Assembly (NCBI RefSeq): GCF_018977255.1
Contig: NW_024704743.1
Coordinates: 91,514,001-91,578,000, forward strand
Reading direction: 5' to 3'
Length of the DNA stretch: 64,000 nucleotides
DNA from: Callorhinchus milii
Taxonomy: Eukaryota
The notes below the pieces were generated by a model, which was given only the letters and a program-made list of their open reading frames with translations, did not search any database and was not told the DNA's origin. Position 1 is the first letter of the stretch. Each line of letters begins with the position of its first letter. The position numbers and the translations under genes are program-made. Positions 24,840-38,105 of the stretch are shown one piece after another.

Positions 24840-25475
24840 TCTGGTCAGAAGGTGGTAGCCGGTAGTCCCATGTTGTGAGGGGGCCAAAGATGGAGCTCTG
24901 GTGTAATGCCACAGGTGACCAGGCAGGGGTAGGAGGGAAAACCATTTGCAGAGACGAAGTGAAGGCAGTTTATTAAGTAGGACTCGAACCAGGCAAGTAA
25001 AGTGAATGAGCGAGAAGAAGTGGTGGTGGAGAAGGAGGAGGATAGCATGATCGACTGTATTGAACATGGTGGAGAGGTTCAGGAGGACGAGGAGGCAGAA
25101 GGAGCCTTGTTCACAGAGAGAGAATGAACGTCATTAGTGATTTGACAAGCGCTTTCTCTGTACTGTGGATGGGGGGGGAAATCAGACTGGAAGAGCTTGA
25201 AGAGGAGGGAGAGAGAAAAAATAAATATTTTCGAGCACGCTGAGTAGATTTAGGTAAAAGGTAAAATAGAAGACGGCTGAGTGAACAAACCAATGTGAGT
25301 GTTATGCGCAGAGATTCAGAGGCTTCTCTGGAACTCCATCCCGCAGTGCCACCGCCTCACCCCCTCGCTTGTCTCCTTCAAGACCCATCTCAAGACCCTC
25401 CTCTTTGACCATGCTTCCCCCTCCTGTGCTCACCCTCTTCAATCCAGACCCCCAGCTTGGGTCCGAAACACTGAC
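24840..25475. mobile_element. Degenerate L2 pieces: RT region on minus (24840-25170) and a 3' piece on plus (25325-25475)
   Basis: HSTEKALVK and FNTVDHAILL on the minus strand; ctctggaactccatccc...ctcaagaccctcctctttgacc on the plus strand. Confidence 0.75.
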
Positions 25476-27269
25476 TGACGTGTGAATGAATCACCAAAAC
25501 AGGTGGTGAAACAAGGACTAGAAAGTGTTTCAAAAGGAACAAAACAAAGTCTTGTGAATTAGATATGTTTTAAGGTTATTAAATGAAGAGATAGATGTGT
25601 TGAGGGAACCTTGATAGGTTGGAAGCTGGATTGATTACTTAGATGGACGAGTTGTCTACTGCAGGCTTAAACTGTTACAATAAGCTTGAAAAAGTACTCG
25701 CCCAGTAAACTGTAATCGAAATGATGTCTCACACTGTTGAAGGTACTTCATGACATAAAGTGTCTCGCTTTCAGGGAACACCCACGTACATCAAGTCAAG
25801 CCATAAGAGCCCTGAGGCCTTGTTGCTGAATTCTCAGAGCTCAGTACATGGAATTTCCTGAAAGAGATGTATTTTATATCTCTAGCTGCTTTCATTTACT
25901 CAGCTGTTTTCAACAAAGTACACTTTCCAGTCCCCATGTTATTATCTTATCTTTCCCCAGATAACAACGTGGCTAGAAAGAACAGCTGGGCTTGACCTGA
26001 ACTGGAGGGGAACAAAAGTTTTTTTCTCCTGTCTATAAGCCTGGCAACCATTTCAAAGTGCTTCACCAAGCTTTCTGTAAAGTGTAGTGACTGTGTATTT
26101 GTTCGAGAACAAGAGTAACAACACCTACAGAAATACACAGGAATTGTCTGAAGCAGGAGACAGCATGCAGTAAGCAATGAATGACAGTCGCTGGCTAAGT
26201 TCAGACAGGCGAAGGAACTTGCCTACAAAACAACAGCAAACTGAGAACGATGTGCAGATACTGGAAAATGCTCATGACTCTCCAGCCTCCTGCATTCAGG
26301 AAACAACAGCTGCGCTCTCAGAGTTGTCGCCGTACTTAATTAACAAATAAACATCTGTTTTGCTTGTCCCAAGTCATTCTTTACTCTAATTCTGTTGGGT
26401 TTTGAACAGCAGGGCATTAATTTGTCCCAAATCCAGCCTTTTAATTTGTTACTGCTCCCATTCTTCTCAGAGTCTGGTAACAGTGAGCTTTCCAGGAGGC
26501 CATCAGTCAAGGAGTGCCTGTATCTATATCTGAATGTGTTCTCAGTTCCACATCATTAATTACCTCACCCCAGAAACTGTTCAGACTGGGAGCCAATCAA
26601 GACCTGCTTGACTCCTGGCTGCTGGAATATTATCAGTTAGTTGTTAAGCAAAATGTCACCAAGAATAAACTGACACTAAAATGCAATGTTCGCCACAAAA
26701 TATACAGTTGATTCACTTTACAGTATAACCCGTGAAGCGCTTTGAGAAGTCTCAGTGGCATGATAAGGCACTATATCAAATGCAAGGATTGTTATTATAA
26801 CTTTTAATAATAAGAATAACTTGCACTTACTGTATAGCCCTGAAACAGACTTCGCTATAGTGTGAATTCGCTTATAAGGCGGTTGCACTGTGGACCCCAT
26901 TTCAGTCCACTTGTGGTGCACAGCTGATCAACTTGCTTCCTGTGTGTTGACCTGCTGACCTGGAATTTGGCCATTTTTGTTAGCAAAGGAAATAAAAAAT
27001 GTCCACCTTCTGGGTCATTGGGGTCCCTTTGATGTCACTTCCTGCACTGCTGCGTGCACGGAAAATAGGAAGTTATGACTTGAAAGTTGGCCATTTCTCT
27101 TTCCTTGCATGGCCGACTTCCAGGTTAGCAGGTCGTCACCAACATCACTTCCAACTTTGCATGAGCCGCAAATGGAAGGTGATATTTCGTCACCTCCTGC
27201 CTTGATTATTCCAATGCCCACCTCGCCGGTCTCCCCAGTTCCACTATCTACAAAATCCAACGAATTCAA

Positions 27270-27580
27270 AACTCTATCACCTGTATACCTGTACTAAACT
27301 CCATACCCCCAATAACATCAGTCCTTGTAGGCTCCACTGGCTCCGTATCACAGAACGGATCAATTTCAACATCCTATCACTCGTCTACAAATCTCTTCAC
27401 GCCCTGGCGCCTCCTTACCTTTTCAACATGCTTACTCCCCATTCTATCACCAGTCACCTCCCTCTATATCTCTGGCTTGCTCCATCCTTCCCCATCTTCA
27501 GGTTGTACCTGAAGGTCTATCTCTTTGACCATGCTTATGGTGACTTCCCCCTGACTCTATAAATGCAAGTTTTTGATGTT
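27270..27580 (+). mobile_element. Old L2 3' fragment
   Basis: aggctccactggctcc...atcaatttcaacatcct...ctctttgaccatgc...ataaatgcaagtt. Confidence 0.6.
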
Positions 27581-28476
27581 GCCAGACAACTTGTGCTTCA
27601 AGTTGTCGAGAAATGAAACCTACGGACTTAAAGCAAAAAATCAGTAGTTATTTTGAGCTTTGAATTCAAATAAATCTGTGGATCAAATTTCAGTGAATAG
27701 CTGTTGACGTTGAGAAAGCTGAAAATTAATCTCTGTATCACATTAGAGGTACCACATGGTACATCAAAGAGTAATATAATATAACAGGGTCCGACCATAT
27801 TTGTAAAACTGACAAAAGTAGCTTCCTAGTGGGGCACGATGATTGAGTGTGTGCTCATTCACGCCCACACTCATAACCTCAGCAGGCAAACCGCTTCTCC
27901 TTGTAATTCTACCAGTCCATGCATCAGCCGGTGACACTTTCTATTTGGCAGAGAGTCATCTTTGAGAATCCTAGTTAAAAATCAAACAGTTGCAAAGATT
28001 AGCCAGAAAATATGATCATTTCCTTCCGCACTGCTTGTTTTGGCCAATTCGCTCAAATTATTGGTTCTTAAAGTGCAGCGTGTTGATGTGACTGTGGATT
28101 TTGGGCTGGAGCTATTACTGAGCCCGAGAGTGTGACGAAACTGAATTATCACCAGCAAAGATGCATCACTCCCAAAGCCAGTGATGACTCACTGTTTGTA
28201 CTCATTTACATTCATCTCCCTAACAGCCAGCCAGCCGCAGGAACTCATTTACATCAATGTCGTCATCACAGCTCGCCGCTTCATGAAATGCCTCCACAAC
28301 TACTGAAGAATAGAACAAAATAAAAGGCTTTTAATCATAAGTCCTTTGACCAGGAGCGGTGCCTATAGTGATGTGTCCTCTCATGATCTAAGTTCCAGCG
28401 GAGCCCATTCATAGGTCTTCATTGGAATCAACTAGACTGCAGCATAGCCCGTAGCCAGCCAGTCAGGCCACATTTC

Positions 28477-28798
28477 GTGGAGTCCTGTAGCTCAGTGGTT
28501 AGAGCACGCACTTTGCAAGTGGGAGACCTGAGTTCAATTCCAGGCAGGGTGAAACCTTGGGCAAGTTTCCTTACTCCACACGCCTAATAATAATCCATCC
28601 AAAAACCCAAACCAATAATAAATTGATCATTTTCAATCTACGACTGTTTGTGGGACATTGCTGTGCGCAGTTGGCTGCCGCGTTCGCCCACAAATATACA
28701 GTCAATTCACTTCACAGTGTGTTCTGTGAAGCGCTTTGGGACGTCCTCCTGACGTGAAAAGCGCTATATCAAATGCAAGGATTATTATTATTATTATT
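28477..28798 (+). mobile_element. SINE family A, full length
   Basis: Head, body and (TTA)n tail. Confidence 0.9.
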
Positions 28799-30371
28799 TC
28801 ACTTCACACAGTCCTGATCAGCTACAACTAAAAGGGGGAAACAATGTACTCAGATGTAGGTCATATGCAGAGTAGACGACGACAACAATTTGCATTTATA
28901 TAACATCCTTCACGAGGCTAGCATCTTAGAGTGTTTAACAATGGCGGAGTTTGATCAAAACTTTAAAGTACAGGGTTTAGTGTAATAAACTAAAACCACA
29001 GCATTGGAAACATAACTAGAATAGACCCTGATGAGGCCAAACCCACTTGCTCCATTAAATGATACAGAAAAAGAAAAAACTCCAGTCTCTGATTTCTAAC
29101 ACCTCATTTTTTNCCATACAAGACCACATGGATGCTTATGTAAAATATTTCAGCACAGAAACAGGCCATTCAACTCAACTAGAACGTGCCACGGTTTATA
29201 CTCCACATGAGTTTCCACAATTCCTCATCCCCTCTCCCATATCCCCCATGTAAACAATAGAAAACGTGAAACCAGACAAACTGCTGCCACCAATGATTTT
29301 ATTTCCAGTCTAACCAATGTGAGGGTTCCAGAAGACACTCTTTTTCACCAAAAAAGAAACAAAGTGTCTTATTGATCACCTTAAAAGATGATCAATGAGA
29401 TGTAATGTCTGTGTATCTGTGTGTCCGTTAAGAACTCAATAACCGATTGATGTAGAGACATGATTTATACCTAATCAGAAAGGTCTTGATTTGGGAGCGT
29501 GTCTTGGGCATATTTTTTGGGGGGAATCTCCTGTCATTGATGAGCTATGACCTAAACAAGCTCATCACACATTCATGGCAGTTTTGCTTAAGGTGTACAC
29601 CCAGTGTTTATGGCGTGTTAAATGGTTTGTGAGAGGTATCACTGAAATCTACATTCCATATTGGATCCTTTGGTTGCAATGGGTACAGGTAGTGGGTTCA
29701 TATGGAGTTGGGGGAACAATAGGGTATGTCTTCTGGAATCCCATTTAATATGTTATACTCCCATTCACTATCCAGTGATGTCTGCTGGATCAAGTGATGT
29801 GTAAAAGCAGAACAAATCATTCCGGACTATCAGGGACTATCCAAAGTAAAAACAAATGTCTCAGATTCCTCAAATGACAGAATTGCTAAATCATTATCTA
29901 ATTTCCGTTTCAAGATGCTGGCACAAGTTTCCTTCACTGCCTCTCTGGGCAGTCCATTCCTCATCTTCACCTCTCTCTGTGTAAACTAATTAAATAGAAA
30001 CTGTCTATTCACCCTTTTGAAATTGAGTTTGTGCCCCTTGAAGTAGTATTTGTGATCATGTTAAACATATCAGCAGGGTTCATCTTATCTATACCCTTTT
30101 CGTCGAAAACACTTCAATATGATCTCTGTGAATGTTCTCCTTATTAATATTCCCGCCCGGGTGTATCACAACTCAGATGCCTAATTCAGTTATCAGTTCA
30201 GCCGCCATTCACTGTAGGTAGCCTCTCCAATAGAAAGATATCTGTACGGTATCATTGCAGCCAAAATAGTACAAAACCTTAGGTATTGCCATGGAGTGTA
30301 CAGAGGCTCTGATACCCCTATTCTGTAGGCGAATATGGTGATTATTTTTATTGTTTTTATAATAAGAAAAC

Positions 30372-30738
30372 AATAATAATAATAATAATCCTTGCATTTG
30401 ATATAGCGCTTTTCATGTCGGGAGGACGTCCCAAAGCGCTTCACAGAACACACTGTAAAGTGAATTGACTGTATATTTGTGGGCGAACGCGGCAGCCAAT
30501 TGCGCACAGCAATGTCCCACAAACAGTCGTAGATTGAAAATAACCAAATTATTATTGTTTGGTTTTGGAGGGATTATTGCTAGGCATGTGGAGTAAGGAA
30601 ACTTGCCCAAGGTTTCGCCCTGACCTGCCTGGAATTGAACTCAGGTCTCTTGCTTGCAAAGCGAGTGCTCTAACCACTGAGCTACAGTCCTGACCTAAGA
30701 CCTGAGTTCATGCAAGGATTATTATTATAGGACTCCAC
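30372..30738 (-). mobile_element. SINE family A with a 43-bp insertion in its head
   Basis: Reverse-complement copy; ctacag|gactccac is split by 30688-30730. Confidence 0.88.
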
Positions 30739-31140
30739 AATGTCCTTTGAAGAAGACAATTATTGTTAAAAGGACAGAAGGCACCATTTTTCATGTTAAC
30801 TTCCTGATACCGTTGACATTTTGGAGAGCACTCTCTGAATTTCTCTCTCCTTTTTCCCGTATAAAACCACAAATAGACAAGTTGTTGGTTTGCACAACAG
30901 AAAAGGTGAAAGCAGATGCAGATACCTGTCACAGCAAAACCTTGGTGTGGGTCCCAGCAGCTATTCTTTCTTACTTCGAAGGGACTGAAATACAGTAGTG
31001 ATAACCAGTTCAATGAGAATTGCCTGAAAGATTTTGCAAGCTCTAAAAAAAATCAGGAAGACAGGTTCAGGAGCAATGTTAAACCACCTCAGGCTAATCT
31101 CCCTGTAGATAACACAATCAGCATTTTTTTGTATGTTGTA

Positions 31141-31454
31141 TAATAATAGAATAATAATCCTTGCATTTTGATATGGCGTCTTATCAAGTCTTCTAGATGA
31201 CTGCAAGCGCTTCACAGAACATACTGTAAAGTGAATTGACTGTATATTTTGTGGGCGAAACATGGCAGCCAATTGCACACAGCAGTGTCCTACAAACAGT
31301 TGCGTGACCAAATTATTACTGTTTTTTTTTCTTGAGTGATTATTATCAGGCATGTGGAGTAAGGAAACTTGCCTAAGGTTTTGCTCTGCCGGGAATCAAA
31401 CCCAGGTCTTTCGCTTGCGAGGCGAGTGCTCTAACCACTGAGCTACAGGACTCC
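31141..31454 (-). mobile_element. SINE family A
   Basis: Reverse-complement head and tail. Confidence 0.88.
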
Positions 31455-31554
31455 TAATGTATGTCAAAGTCAGTTGTCCAGCATTAAATATTTAGGGGTC
31501 AAAGTAACCTTCATGTTAAGAAAATAAAGCGAGATTGCAAGCCTTGTTTCAGAA

Positions 31555-31740
31555 CAACAACAACAAACAACAATTTGCATTTATATAGCGCTTTTTACAT
31601 TGGGGGGATGGCCCAAGGTGCTGGATAGTCAAGGGTTTGGACCCGAGCTGGGGGCTGGAATCAAATGGGGGTGGAGAGCAAGGATGTGAGGTTGGAAGGA
31701 TGACTGAAGGCACAGTCAAAGAGGAGGTCTTGAGGTGGGA
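31555..31740 (-). mobile_element. L2 3' end fragment
   Basis: (CAA)n, tatagcgc...cccaagg...gtcaaagaggaggtcttgagg. Confidence 0.7.
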
Positions 31741-32593
31741 AAGTCATTTCGCTAAAGGAAAGCTCACATTCAATTAAGGAAGTTGTAACAATGCTTAAAA
31801 GCAGAAATATTTAGCAAATAGATGCCTGGATTTCAGATAGAGTCCACGGACAATGTAATAGTGCTGAAAACAATTCCTTTACATTCTGCTACCTAAAAAT
31901 AAACAAGGTATTTTTGCTTCAGACAATCAAATAAATGTTTGTTCTTAATTATTAATATTATTGTAATTTGTAGCAGTCTCAACGAATGTGAAGGTGTGAG
32001 CTTATTGTCTAGACTGATACTCCAGTGTAGGATTGGGAGTATGCTGCATTGTCAGAGGTACAATTTGGGGTGAAAATAAATCAACATTTAATCTAGGAAT
32101 TAATTAGTGATCATCAGAATCTCAGTGCCACTTCACAGAGTATTGGCTTAACTCAACGTGGTATTCCACAAATCGACTAGTTCAAAATAGGATGTGGTCC
32201 TTTTTGGGTGAATTTTATAGAGTGGTCGGTAATGTTTCTGACACTGACATGGTCAGGATGATCGAAGAATCACTCGCTTGTGTTGGTGAATCTATCAAAA
32301 GGTTCTAAAAGGAGTTAAATTATCCAAAGCTTTAGGTCACTGAACATTAATACTCTTAATTAAGTCTGATTTGCAATATTTCAAAACAGCTAACTTGCAA
32401 CCCCCAGAGAGTCAGGTTAAGTTTACTCTGGACACAAAGAACTGGGAACCTGAACAGGGTGAGAAGAGGGAACGGAGGGGAAAGGTAATCAAAGGCAGAG
32501 ACAAAGAGATAGGTTTCAGAAGGATTTGGAAAAAGGGAAAAGTGCCCTTTAAATAAAAGGGAAGTTGAAAAAGGGAAAATTGTTAAATCATTG

Positions 32594-33215
32594 GATTTTG
32601 ACAAAAAAACACAATGAGGATAACAAGAGATTACACTTGTATAGCGCCTTTCACATCGGGAGGACCCCAAGGCGCTGGACAGAGTACAGCATTTCAGACC
32701 AGAGCTGGGGTCAGGAAGGGAAGGGAGGCGAGGGAAAGGGGGGTGTCCGATAGCATAGTCGAAAAGGAGGGTCTTGAGGTGGGATTTGAAGGAGGCTAAG
32801 GAGGGGGTGAGGTGGAGTGACTGGTGGATGGAATTCCAGAGGTTGGGGGTAGACTGACTGAAGGCTCTCCCGCCAATGGTGAGGCGGATGGGTCGAGGGA
32901 CATCGAGCAGGCCAGAGTCGGCTGAGCGGTGGGAATGGGTGGGTTGATAGGGGGTCGCAGAGGTAGGGTGGGGCGAGGCCATGGAGGGCTTTGTATATGA
33001 GGACCAGGATCTTGAACTGGATCCTCTGAAGGATAGGGAGCCAGTGGAGTCGGGTGCGAATGGGGGAGATAGGGTCACGGAGATTGGTGTGGGAGAGGAC
33101 ACGGGCTGCAGAGTTCTGGATTATCTGCAGCCTGTGGAGGGAGGAGTTGGGAAGGCCGACAAGCAGGGCGTTTGCATAGTCGAGCCTGGAGGTGATGAAG
33201 GCATGAACAAGAGTT
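32594..33215 (-). mobile_element. L2 LINE 3' fragment, same subfamily as 555-1355
   Basis: Reverse complement closely matches 750-1383. Confidence 0.9.
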
Positions 33216-33244
33216 CCATTTAGTGTTTTGTAAATTTTCTTTAG

Positions 33245-33475
33245 TGATGTCAGCCTTTAATGGGTTTTCAGCTCCATGTCAAGACTTTGAACTCACATAA
33301 TCTAGAGACTCACATTCCAACTGATTGTTGGGAGGTGTTGCCATGTTGGAGATGCCGTCCTTTGGATAAGACAACAAACAGGCGTCTGCCTGTTCAGGTG
33401 GATATTAAAGATTCCATGACACTATTCAAAAAGAGAAGGGAGTCTCTCCTGGGGTCCTGGAGAACAATTTCCCAA
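33245..33475 (+). mobile_element. Deu-type SINE family B fragment
   Basis: ttggagatgccgtcctttggataagac...gtctgcctgttcaggtggatattaaagattccatgacactatt. Confidence 0.7.
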
Positions 33476-34702
33476 GGAAGAAATTTATCAGAAAAAAAGT
33501 TTAATTCTTTTTACTGTATAATAATCATTCACTTATTTCAATTACACACTGCTTTACTTAAAACATTAGAGCTTGGGGGTAAAGCCCACAATTCTGTTGC
33601 ACTAAACATACTACAGACACCATATTACATTAGTGCATTGTTCCTTAGGGACAGCACAACAACAGCCAATGTAGTCCATCCATCAGGTCACTGTCTCTGT
33701 TTGTATTTATGCCCATAGCTTCCCCCCACATTCTGAATCATTTAAAAAAACCTTGTGCTGAAGGAGTTAATGGATCCAGTATTAATTGCTTTCAGCCAGG
33801 AGTCTGTTCCACATCTCACCACTTGTTCTTCAAAATCCACTTAATGAAGAAATGATCGCTTGCTCTCACCCTCAGTCCCTCAACTCCATCACTCATTACC
33901 ACAGCCCTGGTTCAGAGCAATGTTTATAAACAAATTTTCTGTACAAAACAGCAGCACGCTAGTCCAACACAAGATTGTGTTTGAGATTAAATTATTACAA
34001 ATCAGCATTTAAAACCTAAAGGGCTTTGAGGCCCCCACTTAAAGTAGATTGCTCAAGGTTTATTTTGAATTGTTTAACGTGTTTGGAAATGACAGTACAG
34101 AATTGTGAGTTATAAGCACATCCTGGAGTGAGACTGGCTGGGGGTACCTCAAGGATTCTACCTGGTATTCCATTCCAGGGAAGTGAACTAATTTATTAAC
34201 AGCACCATTCATTTGGTCACTCAGGGTTTTGTACGATAACAAAAAATGATGTTGAATGTATAAATTATGCTTGATAACTAAAGAATGTGAAGATTGATTA
34301 GACAGCTGACATCCCACCATATCCTGTCTGATGTGCTTCTGGCTAAACTGCACCTGCTTTCACTTGCTGTTGCTATCACAGCTTGTACTGCATTAGAAAC
34401 AGCAGTCTGCAGCACAGCTGCTGTCAAACAACAGGGCACAACAGTCATTCAGATCCCTGTGAGAATCATCTATGTCAGCTTGACCACAGCTTCAGCCAGT
34501 GAATCCAACGTTATTTGGGTCTTTGGTAAAAAAAACACACTGGATGTTCACAAACCCTTTGAATGAGAAGAGATTCCTTATCTTCAGCAGAACAAACATC
34601 CAAACTATGTGCTCTTTGCTGCTTCGAATTTCACTCACTGATATGCCAGATACTGACTGAGACATGAGCAGGGTGCAATTTTTGACAATGTTTAGACATT
34701 GT

Positions 34703-34870
34703 CCAATCTACGACTGTTTGTGGGGCATTGCTGTGCGCAATTGGCTGCCGCGTTCGCCCACAAATATACAGTCAATTCACTTTACAGTGTGTTCTGTGAA
34801 GCGCTTTGGGACGTCCTCCCGACGTGAAAAGCGCTATATCAAATGCAAGGATTATTATTATTATTATTAT
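34703..34870 (+). mobile_element. SINE family A, 3' half
   Basis: caatctacgactgtttgtggg...ggattattatt. Confidence 0.88.
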
Positions 34871-35474
34871 AATGTGATAATTATCACCCACTAGTTACAC
34901 TGGTTGTAAATCGCATGTTGCATTTTTGTTTTACCCTACAGCATGTCACATATCAAACAGCCCATTGAATTTATATTGGTTATTCTAATTTTTTGTACAA
35001 CATTAGCTCATTGATTTTGCATCCTTTGTCGCTGGATATATACAGTACTAAGGATTTACATTGAGGAAGCCAATTCGATAACAGCTTTTAAGAGAGAAGT
35101 AAATAATTATTTGGAGAGGACAAGTTTTCAAGGCTATGGGGAGAGAGCGGGGGAGTGGGATTGAATTGGATAGCTCTTTTCAATGGCCTCCTTCTGTTCT
35201 GTATAATTCTATGATTTTGTTTGCCATTTTGATGGCTTCAGCTATCTGGGCTACAACCTTTAATGATCTGTGGACCTGCACACTAAGTTCCCTCTGCTAC
35301 TCTACTATATTCAAATTGTTACGGTGTATTTTTTTCCCTATTCTTACTTCTAAAATGTTTACTTCCTGCAGTGAGCTACATCTGCCACCTATCTGCCAAT
35401 CCTAGAGCTTAACTATGTCCTCCAGCTGCTTTTTTGCAATTTTGATTAAAATTTGCTATCCAGCCGAACCAATA

Positions 35475-35911
35475 CAACACCAACAACAGGATTCCATTTA
35501 TTGAGCGCCTTTCACGTCGGGAAGACGTCCCAAGGCGCTGTACAGTTGGGTCAGGACCCGAGCAGGGGGAAATGGTCAGGGTGAGGGGAGGGAAGGGAGG
35601 GAGCGAGGAGTGGGTAGAGAGTCGAGAGGGGAGCTGAAGGCACGGTCAAAGAGAAAGGTCTTGAGACCGGCCTTGAAGGAGGAAAGGGAGGAGGCGGCGA
35701 AGGCACTGGGGATGGAGTTCCAGAGCCTAGGGGCTGAGAGGCTGAAGGCCCGGCCACCGATAGTAGGGCGGTTGGGGCGGGGGATGTGGAGCAGACCGGA
35801 GCCAGAGGAACGGAGGGTATGGGCGGGTAGGTAGGGGGATAGTAGGTCGGAGAGGTAGGAGGGAGCAAGGCCGTGAATGGCCTTGTAGGTGAGGGTGAGG
35901 ATCTTGAATTC
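35475..35911 (-). mobile_element. Young L2 3' end
   Basis: Near-identical reverse complement of 7955-8395. Confidence 0.92.
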
Positions 35912-37786
35912 AAGTATAGTTACATAAGCAAATTTCAATATTATACTTGAATTCCTAAATCCAAATCAACCTGAATTCCTGAACCCAGATCACTTTAATT
36001 CTTTTAATTATATACATTACTTTCAAACACAACATTCGATTTCTGGATAAATCTTAAATTAGATGACAATGTGTGCTGGAAATAAACTTTGCCTTTGTCA
36101 TTCATACTCCTTTGAAGTCCGTGAACAGCAATACGATCCTGTCTGAATGAAACATAGGGAGCTCCGAGTGGTATTGGGGAAACCAAAGGTATTGCTTGAT
36201 TTATACATGTGGTCTCAGAAAATGAGGGGTGGTGAGAAGCAATTCTTAAAAATAACAAAAACTGCCTCCTCTGGACTGAGGGATCATTTATCAATTCTTA
36301 TGGCTCCAGCTCAGGTGCAAAGAAGCAATTTTCCATTCGGGTGATGTGCAAAGCCTCTACTTAAACCACATAACAAGATGGTGTACCACCCTGTTCATCA
36401 CTTTACCAGGGAAGAAAACACAGCGAATCCTTAGCACAATTATCCATTTTCCTCCAATTCCTCAAGAAAAGGAAATGTGAGAAACATTTTGAGAAACATG
36501 AGAAAGTTTCTGAATTGTCTAAAAGAAATTTCTTCATGAAAAAGGTGACTGGTAATTTTTTGGGTAAAAGAGACGAGTTTGGGGCAAGAGACGATAAAAA
36601 CCTCAACATTATCACAATGGCGACACACGATGAAAGTGAATGAGATTTAGTGCAGTAAATCAGGAAGTCAAAACTATTGTTAAACATTCAACAACAACTT
36701 GCACTTATATATAGTTCCCCTCACGCAGGGTAGCAACCCATAGCACATCCATTCAGTCCAATGGAAAAGGAAGTAGTGATCAGAGATATGCAAGTCCAAT
36801 AATAATCAATAAGATATTGCTGGTTCATACAGCAGGAAGCCTCATAATGGCAGTGAATGTCAGCAGAATTGTACTGTATAATTGTAATAAACAAATATTT
36901 GTCAAACACTTTGAGCAGGTAGTTGGTGCCCCTTTAACATAAAAAAAATAAAAATAGCCTTTTCTGTACAGTATTGTATTGCATCTCTTAAATCCTGTGA
37001 GGTGCTCTCATTTGTTTCATATTAGATTTGCAATACTCCACTAGACTGATGTGACGCACAAATGACTGACCCACCCCATCTCGACTTTAAACACTCCCAA
37101 TATCCCTTGGGATGAGTCCAATAGGAACACTACCGGTAGCCAGAGCAACACAGGAAGGCAGCTGATCCAGACATAAATCCTCTCGCACCTGTGCCTCATA
37201 TGGTACACCTTACATGTTTATGCATTTGTCATTTGTGTGCAATTCCCTAAGAGCAAAACCTGGGCCCTAGATGTTAGATATTCCAGAGGGGATCTAGTGC
37301 AATGTCTTTGAGCTGATGAAACCGGTTAAGAGTAAGCCTTATCTTTCCAGTTCAGCAGGATGCATTTGCAGACGGCTCTCAGAAGCATGTAAATTAGATA
37401 TTGAAATGTAGAGCACTGGGGACTGCAGACGGGAGGCTCAGCCAGTAAGTTTGAAGCTGCTCCATCAGAAAATGAGAGCTGAATGTGGTTGGGTCATGAA
37501 ACAAGGTGAAACTAGGCATCCTGGACTTAATTTATAATCGTGAAATCAGAATAGAAGTTTTTTTTTAAATTAATTCCAGATCAAACGAAAATCAGTGAAA
37601 AACTGTTATATTTCTCTGGGAGAGAGAAGAGGTAGACGAGTTTCCATAGACTCTGTCCATTTAACAACAAATCTTCTCTTAGTTACCTCGTTGTTAGTCT
37701 ACTGGTCAAATGTCTTCTTCTATAGCCTAGGCCGAACTGCTATCCCTCAACCAAAACAACTTGTACTTAAATAGAGCTTTTCACAT

Positions 37787-38105
37787 CCTGTAGCTCAGTG
37801 GTTAGAGCACTCGCTTTGCAAGCGAGAGACCTGAGTTCAATTCCAGGCAGGGCGAAACCTTGGGCAAGTTTCCTTACTCCACACGCCTAATAATAATCCC
37901 TCCAAAAAAACAAAACAATAATAAATTGGTCATTTTCAATCCATGACTGTTTGTGGGACATTGCTGTGCGCAATTGGCTACCGCGTTCGCCCACAAATAT
38001 ACAGTCAATTCACTTTACAGTGTGTTCTGTGAAGCGCTTTGGGACGTCCTCCCGACGTGAAAAGCGCTATATCAAATGCAAGGATTATTATTATTATTAT
38101 TATTA
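37787..38105 (+). mobile_element. SINE family A
   Basis: Head lacking the first few nt, body and tail. Confidence 0.9.

Noticed and set aside
25928..25950. Possible next RALYL exon (expected to begin DINMAGEP)
   Set aside because: Minus strand reads DNNMGTGK with no further similarity; no second RALYL exon was recognised in the window.
29028..29045. CTGATGAGGCC hammerhead-like start
   Set aside because: No stem II partner and no GAAA.
29113..29113. Single N base
   Set aside because: Assembly ambiguity, not a biological feature.
37108..37130. Hammerhead-like gatgagtccaatagga
   Set aside because: Lacks the CU of CUGANGA and the GAAA core.
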